64,000 bases of DNA from Dendrobates tinctorius (Eukaryota), in NCBI RefSeq assembly GCF_039654945.1, contig NW_027361819.1, positions 2,728,001 to 2,792,000 on the forward strand, written 5' to 3'. The notes under the pieces are model-generated. The model was given only the letters and a program-made list of their open reading frames with translations, did not search any database and had not been told where the DNA came from. Below are positions 52,949 to 64,000 of the stretch, in pieces (within the stretch, counting starts at the first letter, position 1; every line of letters starts with the position of its first letter). Position numbers and translations under genes: made by a program.

Positions 52949-53854
52949 AGCAGACGTCTGTGGCTTTATCTACCAAAAAGTAAAATTAAAAATAAAAACC
53001 TGACTGATATATGTGTACGATAACCGGGGAGCGATGGGGGTCACATGGAAAGAATAAATTACAAAACAGGGATGAGGTGGGACCCCTGGAGAAAGCAGAA
53101 ACCCTGGGAGCAGTGGGGACTCCTCTGCCCTCAGGACAGCACATGAAGAGGATGAGGAGGGTGAACACTGTGGCTTGAGAAAACCGCAATATGGCAACGT
53201 GTGGGGGACGGCGCACATCTGTCTCAGTCCTGCTGGGACCTAGGCCCAGGGTCTGCTGCACTAAGGCACTCCAAACTATCATCATCACCCCAGCAGGGAA
53301 AGACCACCACAGCCCAATACAGGGGGCACTGGGAGAGGAATGACTGGATTTGGGATTTTAGGAATTCATAAAAATTGAGGGAAAAAAAAAAAATTTCTAA
53401 AAAGGATTTTGGTTTCCTTGCATAACACTGCCCGGGCACCCGTCCCTCCCCCACCCCAGTGAAAGTCTTGAGAAAAGCCCTTTTCCTGAGAGACACAGCA
53501 CGATTGCTCCCAAACTACAGAGCATTGCTCCTCTATACCCCACCCACAAAAAAAACAACAAAAAACACAGGAACAGTTGTCGAGTGCCCCCCTGAAATGT
53601 TAAAAAAAAAACAAAAAAAAAAAACAAAAAAAACAGTGCACCCTCGAGTCAGACGCTTCCCTCCCCCGACTCAGCACATTAACCCTAGTAAGACTTAACA
53701 AGGAGAGGAGAGGCAAAGTCTGCAGGCTTCTCGATCCCCCGCACCGTGTGACAATCCCACCGTCAATGAAGGGGGAGATGGGAGAAGAGGCCTTTGTAGA
53801 AGTTCGAGACACCGGGAGGAAATAGTGGAGAGGACCTGGCACAGAGGGGGCAGG

Positions 53855-55632
53855 TCACAGGAAGTAGTCGGCAACAGGTTTCTTGGAGGGAATGCCTCTG
53901 GTTTCTTGCGGAGCGGCTTCAAAAATTATGAATTCCTTCTGTAAATGATCATCCAGCTCCAGGATGGCGGCGACATTTCCACATCTAATGGGGGCAAGAC
54001 AGAGGTGAGAGGGGGCCGCACTGGGACCTTTCAGTCCGGGTTGTGCACACAGAGCAGTACGGACCTGTAACAGTAGTTTGGCGCAGACCACACAGTCAGG
54101 ACCGCCTCGTTGAAGTGCCACTTGTAGCCCTCCATGACCAGCTGGTGCGCGCGGCAGATCATGTCGATGTTGTTTGCTGCATTGAACTGGGCCACGACAT
54201 CGCTGCCGAAAAGATAACCTGCCCCCCGAGGGCTGACTCCCCAACCGGTGGTATCTGAAGGGGATCATACATCAGGCTCATCAGAGTGCTCTGACAGAGC
54301 TCAGGGTGCAAGGACGGGCAGTGATGGACTTACCTTCTGGATCTGACCACAGCAGGTCACACATGGGGCCGTCGTGAGGGACTTCTTGTTTGCGGTCGAT
54401 AGTTCGGATCTGGTCCAGGGTCTGTATCGATGGCGAGAGACCACCGTGTACACAGAAGATCTGGGAGGAGATGGTAATCAACAGGGAGAAAAAGATGCTC
54501 TGATGTATTCCCTCTACAGCAGGGCACCCCGAGATCCCCAGAATCGGCAGGGGTCTTAGCCGTTGTCTTCTCCTTCAGCAGTCACGCAATACATGACTCC
54601 CCCACCCCACACGATAAGACCCTGAACTCTCACCTTGCCATCAATAATGGCCGACAGGCTGAGATAGTCGAAGATTTCTGTGCAGTACCGCCATACAGTC
54701 ACCGAACCATACTTGCGCAGACACTCGTCGTAAAAACCATAGACTTGTGTGATCTGTCGACTTTCATGGTTCCCGCGGATGAGTGTGATCCGGTCAGGGT
54801 AGCGGACCTGCACAGACAAGGAGCCATCATTACTGAGCGACATACAGAGGTAATGGGGGACGCAAAGCTGCGGGGACATAAACAGGTCAGCAGACGAGAG
54901 CGACAGGCAGCCCCGGCGACACCGCTGAGAGGTCACTGCATATTACAGTCACCCTGAAGCCGCTCCTGTCCTGCTCTCCCACCACCTATCAAAAGTTTCT
55001 TAAAACTCTACACGCAGGAGTCAAGAAGTTTCCGGGTCCAAGTCATACTAATCCATTCCTCACCTTTAGCGCCAGGAGGAGAAGGAATGTTTCAACGCTA
55101 TAGAAGCCGCGGTCGACGAAGTCTCCCATGAACAGGTAGTTTGTTTCTGGGACGTCGCCCCCGACCTAAAAGCAGAAGGATTGAGAGATCAGATCACATC
55201 CCCTGCCCCGTCATACAGGGAAGCAGCCGCGCCACAGGACTCACCCTGAACAGCTCCTTCAGGTCGTAGAACTGGCCGTGGATGTCGCCGCAGACCTGAG
55301 GAGACAAGCATCTGACTGGTCAGTACCCGCTGCCGGCACCTGACGTCAGCAAACAGGTTACATCACCCCTTACCGTGACAGGGGAGTCCACCCGCTGGAC
55401 ATTGCTCTCTTCCACCAGAATCTCCCTGTAAGAGAAGAGATGAGATATTACTGGGCATGTCACCCTCTGCCCCGTCACTAGCTGCACGTCACCACACCAT
55501 CCTTCACCCCGTTCCTGGCCGTGCCCGGACTCACCGCGCCTTGGCACAAAGGGCTTTGACTTCGCTTTCCTTGATGAGCTCACAGCGTCTCAGCTGTTCA
55601 ATTTGCCGGTCGAGGTCGCTAATTTCGGTCAT
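53855..55632 (-). CDS. ppp4c: Serine/threonine-protein phosphatase 4 catalytic subunit, 8 coding exons, 307 aa
   Basis: Exons (minus) 55632-55535, 55425-55374, 55295-55245, 55165-55064, 54807-54634, 54460-54334, 54254-54065, 53984-53855 = 924 nt. [38 protein letters not shown]-terminal KKPVADYFL. Confidence 0.98.
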
Positions 55633-57109
55633 GGCTTCGCCTTACAGACCGTCTGAGGGGAAAGACTGAGGACAATCAGTACAGCCGGTACCGTGGAATC
55701 CACGGTGCATTACTAGGAGCCACAGACAGGACAGGAAATGTGCGAGGAGCAGTAAGTCAGCGGATAATCGCCGTTCACACAGTCTGCTCCAGGAACATAA
55801 GCCGTCACATGGCCGGATGACGACTGCACACAACGGCGCGGATGGACTAATCCAAGCACCCGCAGCATGTCACATCAAGAAGGGTACACAGCACAAGTGC
55901 ACAGGACTGGGGGGAGGGGGTCTCGCTACAACCCAGAGAGGCAAAACCAAGACCCCAACGTGCAGCCTGGTCTCTGCCTTCAGAGTCACCTAATGGTTGA
56001 TCGCCCCCATGTCAGCTCCTCTGGGCACAGTCCTGCTCTCTGTACCTAATATTATAGCGGCGAAGCCCCTATCATGTCAGCGCGGCCCCCTAGACAAGAG
56101 CACAAGACTGAAATAAGTTAGCTGGACTTTAAGTGGGGAAATAATTTAGACGCCCCTCCAGTAATGAAGCCGTCAGGTGCAGACCAAACATCAAAGACCC
56201 TGACATTCTTAAAGGCAAGAGGCATCATGAGGAAATCCCCAGCCGTGAAGATAGTCTCCTCGCCATTGACCGGGAGAAGCGGCCTCATGTTTCGTCAGCT
56301 GCGATCTGAGAACATCCCCTGCAGCAAAGTATTTGGGGTATGTAAATCCTAAAAATCTCCATGGCAACAGGTTACAGCGGACGCCAGGACTCCCATATAA
56401 TGAATGTCAGCAAAACCCTTCTCCCTCCGGTCATTGCTGCCCAACATGGAAAGAACCGCAGTGAAGACTGACACACTGGCTGGAGAGGGGTGTACAAACT
56501 TCTATTTCTCATTCATACATTATAAATGAGACCTGATAGAAGCCCCTGCAGAAGTGACGGTGCAGACAGAGGACCCCTAAGATCACCGACACTCCAGACA
56601 CCAGCAGGAACCTGAGCCGCCGTCATCCGGTCACAGTCCTGGAGCAGAGCTCAGGCCGACCAAAGTGCAAGAGCCAACGCAGCACGAGACACCCACCACC
56701 CCCGGGGCAAGAGCCCGCCGTCCGCAGATCCCCCGAATCTTTACATGTGTTTATTGGGGGGTAAATCTACCACTAATCTACAAAACAGCAAGAGACGCGG
56801 GAATGCAGATCACATTCTGCCCAGGGCTGTATACTGGGGTCCGCCTGTATACTGGGGTCAGCATCCACAGGGGAGGAGTACATGTACAGCGGACTGTCAC
56901 ATCCACATCTGTAGACCGCCACATACAGGTGAGGGGGCATCATCACACAGCCCTGCATCTCCTCTGTGCTGCCCCCTATGGACAGGATACGTAAGGGCTC
57001 TACATCTCTATAAGGGACCTCCACATCCTATAGAGAGGGGCCGCACACAGACAGTGGGGGCAACACTCCGCATACATGTCTACAGGGGGGGGCTGTCTGC
57101 ACAGCGACA

Positions 57110-60100
57110 CAGGAGCTGTATACACACATATAAGGGTGCTATAGAGGGGGGCAGCGCTGTATATACTGCTGTAGGAGGCCTCCCTGTATATACACACATA
57201 TAAGGGCGCTAAAGAGGGGGGCAGCGCTGTATATACTACTATAGGAGGCCTCCCTGTATATACACACATATAAGGGCGCTAAAGAGGGGGGCAGCGCTGT
57301 ATATACTGCTGTAGGAGACCTCCCTGTATATACACACACATAAGGGCGCTAAAGAGGGGGGCAGCGCTGTATATACTACTATAGGAGGCCTCCCTGTATA
57401 TACACACATATAAGGGCGCTAAAGAGGGGGGCAGCGCTGTATATACTACTATAGGAGGCCTCCCTGTATATACACATAAGGGCACTATAGAGGGGGCAGT
57501 GCTGTATATACTGCTGTAGGAGACCTCCCTGTATATACACACATAAGGGCGCTAAAGAGGGGGGCAGCGCTGTATATACTACTATAGGAGGCCTCTCCAT
57601 ATATACACATAAGGGCACTATAGAGGGGGCAGTGCTGTATATACTGCTGTAGGAGACCTCCCTGTATATACACACATAAGGGCACTATAGAGGGGGCAGC
57701 GCTGTATATACTGCTGTAGGAGACCTCCCTGTATATACACACATAAGGGCACTATAGAGGGGGGCAGCGCTGTATATACTGCTGTAGGAGACCTCCCTGT
57801 ATATACACACATAAGGGCACTATAGAGGGGGCAGCGCTGTATATACTGCTGTAGGAGACCTCCCTGTATATACACACATAAGGGCACTATAGAGGGGGCA
57901 GCGCTGTATATACTGCTGTAGGAGACCTCCCTGTATATACACACATATAAGGGCACTATAGGGGGTCAGTGCTGTATATACTGCTGTAGGAGGCCTCCCT
58001 GTATATACACACATATAAGGACCCTATAGAGGGGTCAGTGCTGTATATTCTGCTGTAGGAGACCTCCCTGTATATACACACATATAAGGACCTTATAGAG
58101 GGGTCAGTGCTGTATATTCTGCTGTAGGAGGCCTCCCTGTATATACACACATATAAGGACCCTATAGAGGGGTCAGTGCTGTATATTCTGCTGTAGGAGG
58201 CCTCCCTGTATATACACACATATAAGGGCCCTATAGAGGGGGGCAGTGCTGTATAAACTCCTGTAGGAGGCCTCCCTGTATATACACACATATAAGGGCC
58301 CTATAGAGGGGTCAGTGCTGTATATTCTGCTGTAGGAGGCCTCCCTGTATATACACACATATAAGGGCACTATAGAGGGGGCAGCGCTGTATATACTGCT
58401 GTAGGAGGCCTCCCTGTATATACACACATATAAGGGCCCTATAGAGGGGTCAGTGCTGTATATACTGCTGTAGGAGGCCTCCCTGTATATACACACATAT
58501 AAGGACCCTATAGAGGGGTCAGTGCTGTATATTCTGCTGTAGGAGACCTCCCTGTATATACACACATATAAGGACCTTATAGAGGGGTCAGTGCTGTATA
58601 TTCTGCTGTAGGAGGCCTCCCTGTATATACACACATATAAGGGCCCTATAGAGGGGGGCAGTGCTGTATAAACTCCTGTAGGAGGCCTCCCTGTATATAC
58701 ACACATATAAGGGCCCTATAGAGGGGTCAGTGCTGTATATTCTGCTGTAGGAGGCCTCCCTGTATATACACACATATAAGGGCACTATAGAGGGGGCAGC
58801 GCTGTATATACTGCTGTAGGAGGCCTCCCTGTATATACACACATATAAGGGCCCTATAGAGGGGTCAGTGCTGTATATACTGCTGTAGGAGGCCTCCCTG
58901 TATATACACACATATAAGGACCCTATAGAGGGGTCAGTGCTGTATATTCTGCTGTAGGAGACCTCCCTGTATATACACACATATAAGGACCTTATAGAGG
59001 GGTCAGTGCTGTATATTCTGCTGTAGGAGGCCTCCCTGTATATACACACATATAAGGACCCTATAGAGGGGTCAGTGCTGTATATTCTGCTGTAGGAGGC
59101 CTCCCTGTATATACACACATATAAGGGCCCTATAGAGGGGGGCAGTGCTGTATATACTCCTGTAGGAGGCCTCCCTGTATATACACACATATAAGGGCCC
59201 TATAGAGGGGTCAGTGCTGTATATTCTGCTGTAGGAGGCCTCCCTGTATATACACACATATAAGGGCACTATAGAGGGGGCAGCGCTGTATATACTGCTG
59301 TAGGAGGCCTCCCTGTATATACACACATATAAGGGCCCTATAGAGGGGTCAGTGCTGTATATACTGCTGTAGGAGGCCTCCCTGTATATACACACATATA
59401 AGGGCCCTATAGAGGGGGCAGTGCTGTATATTCTGCTGTAGGAGGCCTCCCTGTATATACACACATATAAGGGCCCTATATAGGGGGCAGTGCTGTATAT
59501 ACTGCTGTAGGAGGCCTCCCTGTACACACATATATAAGGGCCCTATAGAGGGGGCAGTGCTGTATATACTCCTGTAGGAGGCCTCCCTGTACACACATAT
59601 ATAAGGGCCCTATAGAGGGGGCAGTGCTGTATATACTCCTGTAGGAGGCCTCCCTGTACACACATATATAAGGGCCCTATAGAGGGGGCAGTGCTGTATA
59701 TTCTGCTGTAGGAGGCCTCCCTGTATATACACACATATAAGGGCCCTATAGAGGGGGACAGTGCTGTATATACTCCTGTAGGAGGCCTCCCTGTACACAC
59801 ATATATAAGGGCCCTATAGAGGGGGCAGTGCTGTATATTCTGCTGTAGGAGGCCTCCCTGTATATACACACATATAAGGGCCCTATAGAGGGGGCAGTGC
59901 TGTATATACTGCTGTAGGAGGCCTCCCTGTATATACACACATATAAGGGCCCTATAGAGGGGGCAGTGCTGTATATACTGCTGTAGGAGGCCTCCCTGTA
60001 TATACACACATATAAGGGCCCTATAGAGGGGGCAGTGCTGTATATACTGCTGTAGGAGGCCTCCCTGTATATACACACATATAAGGGCCCTATAGAGGGG

Positions 60101-62822
60101 GCAGTGCTGTATATTCTGCTGTAGGAGGCCTCCCTGTATATACACACATATAAGGGCCCTATAGAGGGGGCAGCGCTGTATATACTGCTGTAGGAGGCCT
60201 CCCTGTATATACACACATATAAGGGCACTATAGAGGGGGCAGTGCTGTATATACTGCTGTAGGAGGCCTCCCTGTATATACACACATATAAGGGCCCTAT
60301 AGAGGGGGCAGTGCTGTATATACTGCTGTAGGAGGCCTCCCTGTATATACACACATATAAGGGCCCTATAGAGGGGGCAGTGCTGTATATACTGCTGTAG
60401 GAGGCCTCCCTGTACACACATATATAAGGGCCCTATAGAGGGGGCAGTGCTGTATATACTCCTGTAGGAGGCCTCCCTGTACACACATATATAAGGGCCC
60501 TATAGAGGGGGCAGTGCTGTATATACTCCTGTAGGAGGCCTCCCTGTATATACACATATAAGGGCCCTATATAGGGGTCAGTGCTGTATATACTGCTGTA
60601 GGAGGCCTCCCTGTATACACACATATAAGGGCCCTATAGAGGGGGCAGTGCTGTATATACTGCTGTAGGAGGCCTCCCTGTATACACACATATAAGGGCC
60701 CTATAGAGGGGGCAGTGCTGTATATACTGCTGTAGGAGGCCTCCCTGTATACACATATATAAGGGCCCTGTAGAGGGGGCAGTGCTGTATATACTGCTGT
60801 AGGAGGCCTCCCTGTACACACATATATAAGGGCCCTATAGAGGGGGCAGTGCTGTATATTCTGCTGTAGGAGGCCTCCCTGTATATACACACATATAAGG
60901 GCCCTATAGAGGGGGCAGTGCTGTATATACTGCTGTAGGAGGCCTCCCTGTATATACACACATATAAGGGCCCTATAGAGGGGGCAGTGCTGTATATACT
61001 GCTGTAGGAGGCCTCCCTGTATATACACACATATAAGGGCCCTATAGAGGGGGCAGTGCTGTATATACTGCTGTAGGAGGCCTCCCTGTATATACACACA
61101 TATAAGGGCCCTATAGAGGGGGCAGTGCTGTATATTCTGCTGTAGGAGGCCTCCCTGTATATACACACATATAAGGGCCCTATAGAGGGGGCAGCGCTGT
61201 ATATACTGCTGTAGGAGGCCTCCCTGTATATACACACATATAAGGGCACTATAGAGGGGGCAGTGCTGTATATACTGCTGTAGGAGGCCTCCCTGTATAT
61301 ACACACATATAAGGGCCCTATAGAGGGGGCAGTGCTGTATATACTGCTGTAGGAGGCCTCCCTGTATATACACACATATAAGGGCCCTATAGAGGGGGCA
61401 GTGCTGTATATACTGCTGTAGGAGGCCTCCCTGTACACACATATATAAGGGCCCTATAGAGGGGGCAGTGCTGTATATACTCCTGTAGGAGGCCTCCCTG
61501 TACACACATATATAAGGGCCCTATAGAGGGGGCAGTGCTGTATATTCTGCTGTAGGAGGCCTCCCTGTATATACACACATATAAGGGCCCTATAGAGGGG
61601 GCAGTGCTGTATATACTGCTGTAGGAGGCCTCCCTGTATATACACACATATAAGGGCCCTATAGAGGGGGCAGTGCTGTATATACTGCTGTAGGAGGCCT
61701 CCCTGTATATACACACATATAAGGGCCCTATAGAGGGGGCAGTGCTGTATATACTGCTGTAGGAGGCCTCCCTGTATATACACACATATAAGGGCCCTAT
61801 AGAGGGGGCAGTGCTGTATATTCTGCTGTAGGAGGCCTCCCTGTATATACACACATATAAGGGCCCTATAGAGGGGGCAGCGCTGTATATACTGCTGTAG
61901 GAGGCCTCCCTGTATATACACACATATAAGGGCACTATAGAGGGGGCAGTGCTGTATATACTGCTGTAGGAGGCCTCCCTGTATATACACACATATAAGG
62001 GCCCTATAGAGGGGGCAGTGCTGTATATACTGCTGTAGGAGGCCTCCCTGTATATACACACATATAAGGGCCCTATAGAGGGGGCAGTGCTGTATATACT
62101 GCTGTAGGAGGCCTCCCTGTACACACATATATAAGGGCCCTATAGAGGGGGCAGTGCTGTATATACTCCTGTAGGAGGCCTCCCTGTACACACATATATA
62201 AGGGCCCTATAGAGGGGGCAGTGCTGTATATACTGCTGTAGGAGGCCTCCCTGTATATACACATATAAGGGCCCTATATAGGGGTCAGTGCTGTATATAC
62301 TGCTGTAGGAGGCCTCCCTGTATACACACATATAAGGGCCCTATAGAGGGGGCAGTGCTGTATATACTGCTGTAGGAGGCCTCCCTGTACACACATATAT
62401 AAGGGCCCTATAGAGGGGGCAGTGCTGTATATACTCCTGTAGGAGGCCTCCCTGTACACACATATATAAGGGCCCTATAGAGGGGGCAGTGCTGTATATA
62501 CCACTGTAGGAGGCCTCCCTGTACACACATATATAAGGGCCCTATAGAGGGGGCAGTGCTGTATATTCTGCTGTAGGAGGCCTCCCTGTATATACACACA
62601 TATAAGGGCCCTATAGAGGGGGCAGTGCTGTATATACTGCTGTAGGAGGCCTCCCTGTATATACACACATATAAGGGCCCTATAGAGGGGGCAGTGCTGT
62701 ATATACTCCTGTAGGAGGCCTCCCTGTATATACACATATAAGGGCACTATAGAGGGGGCAGTGCTGTATATACTGCTGTAGGAGGCCTCCCTGTATATAC
62801 ACACATATAAGGGCCCTATAAA
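57110..62822. repeat. 5.7-kb 67-70-bp satellite (GCTGTATATACTGCTGTAGGAGGCCTCCCTGTATATACACACATATAAGGGCCCTATAGAGGGGGCAGT) in ppp4c intron 1
   Basis: About 80 units with multi-unit block duplications. Confidence 0.96.
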
Positions 62823-63011
62823 CAACTATTGGGGGCCGCCTCCGTACACAGGAAACATATAAAGGGTCCTATGGAGGGCGGGACACAAGTCTACAGGACC
62901 CCACACACCGGCGCGGTACACAGGGGTCGCACACCCGTCGCCCCTCACACACAGGCGCGGGCGGTACCGGCCGCTGTAGCGGAGCCCGAGCAGGCAGTGT
63001 GGCGGCCTCAC

Positions 63012-63200
63012 CTGCCGCTGAGTCCGGTGCAGCTCAGGCGGTGACAGCTCTCCCTGCTCCGGTGTCTCCCGCTTCCTCCTCCACACACCGAGAGCGAAGC
63101 CTCGCGACAGGATGACGTCACCTCCGCGTCGCCGGCTCCTCCTCCTCGTGCAGCCCTGCCTGGCAACCGGTCGTGACGCGCGCAAGGCGGGAAATCGTCA
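63012..63200 (-). promoter_or_regulatory. Probable ppp4c non-coding first exon and CpG-rich core promoter
   Basis: Minus-strand donor CAG|GTGAGG at 63012/63011; CpG-rich; full CRE TGACGTCA 63113-63120; E2F-like GGCGGGAAA ~63186-63194; matching acceptor before coding exon at 55652. Confidence 0.7.
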
Positions 63201-63417
63201 CTATTGAATTCCGAAACTTTATTGACCTTCTCGTGTCATCAACAAACACAGGCCTCAGGCCTGAGTGACAGGAAGGCGCCACATGTCAGAACAGCAAAAC
63301 TCGGGGTGGGGAGAGGGGACTTGTAGTTCTACACTCTAGTAATCCCCCTCGACGTCAGAAGTAACATTGTTCTGTCCCCCATATTGTAAAATCAGTGCGG
63401 GGAGATACAAAAGAAAG

Positions 63418-63522
63418 CGACCAATCCCAGTTCAGTTTTACTCCATAGCAACCAATCCCAGTTCAGTTTTACTCCATAGCAACCAATCCCAGTTCAGTTT
63501 TACTCCGTAGCAGCCAATCACA
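63418..63522. repeat. 31-bp x3 repeat giving four evenly spaced CCAAT boxes
   Basis: CCAAT at 63421, 63452, 63483, 63514. Confidence 0.85.
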
Positions 63523-64000
63523 GTGCAGCTTTTCTGCATAGTAACTGAAGGTGAGCGGACCCCTGGATGTTCAGGTTCGGCCGAACAGTTACAAAAACTT
63601 CGGGTTCACGTACCGGAACAGACCCGGACCCCGTACGCTTGAACGGGGGGCCCAAACATCCAGTGTTTGCCATGTTGTCATGTACATGACACCGCAGCTT
63701 CTGATCAGCGGTGATGTGATCCCTGCCCGTCAGAGCCGCGGTTCCCACGCTGTCAGAAGACAGAGCGCTCAGCTGTGACCGGAGGTGTAGAGTTTACCTC
63801 CAGTCACTGGTGTCAGCGGATGGGACTGCCGCTCGCATCATCCGACACCTGCTGCAGCCGCTAACTACAGTGACGGGAGGATTCAGCCAACGACTGCGCT
63901 GTAAATAAATAACAAGCGGCGTGGAGCCCGCCATCTTTCACAATCAGTCTAAAGCAGACAGCTGGGGGCCGGTGTTCTCAGGCTGGTAAGGGGCCATGGA

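Noticed and set aside
57956-62825. Long repetitive ORFs (YREASYSSIYSTAP...)
   Set aside because: Translation of the 69-bp satellite; no splice or domain support.
63545-64000. Possible hAT-like element at the right edge
   Set aside because: Repeat-like GTTCGG motifs, but no second terminus or target duplication inside the window.

Overview
Eukaryotic (vertebrate, most likely anuran/frog) genomic DNA syntenic with human 16p11.2. Four intron-containing genes were assembled by hand from GT-AG splice sites with consistent reading phase: gdpd3 (+, 10 coding exons, 336 aa), a divergent Tbx6-related T-box gene (-, 8 exons, ~457 aa, probably tbx6r), canonical tbx6 (+, 8 coding exons, ~515 aa) and ppp4c (-, 8 coding exons, 307 aa). 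The two T-box genes sit head-to-head about 21 kb apart. Introns and intergenic DNA are filled with minisatellites/satellites (25-86 bp units), Tc1/mariner transposons, L2/CR1 LINE fragments, Harbinger- and hAT-type MITEs and a solo LTR. Most long ORFs in the supplied track are repeat artefacts. Main points of interest: the intact but strongly diverged second T-box gene; a palindromic two-way poly(A) signal between gdpd3 and that gene; convergent CTCF-like motifs bracketing the T-box pair; and in-window evidence that the dispersed 86-bp satellite arose from a MITE and acts as a transposon landing site. No prokaryote-type system (CRISPR etc.) is present, and I cannot support a wholly new biological system here.
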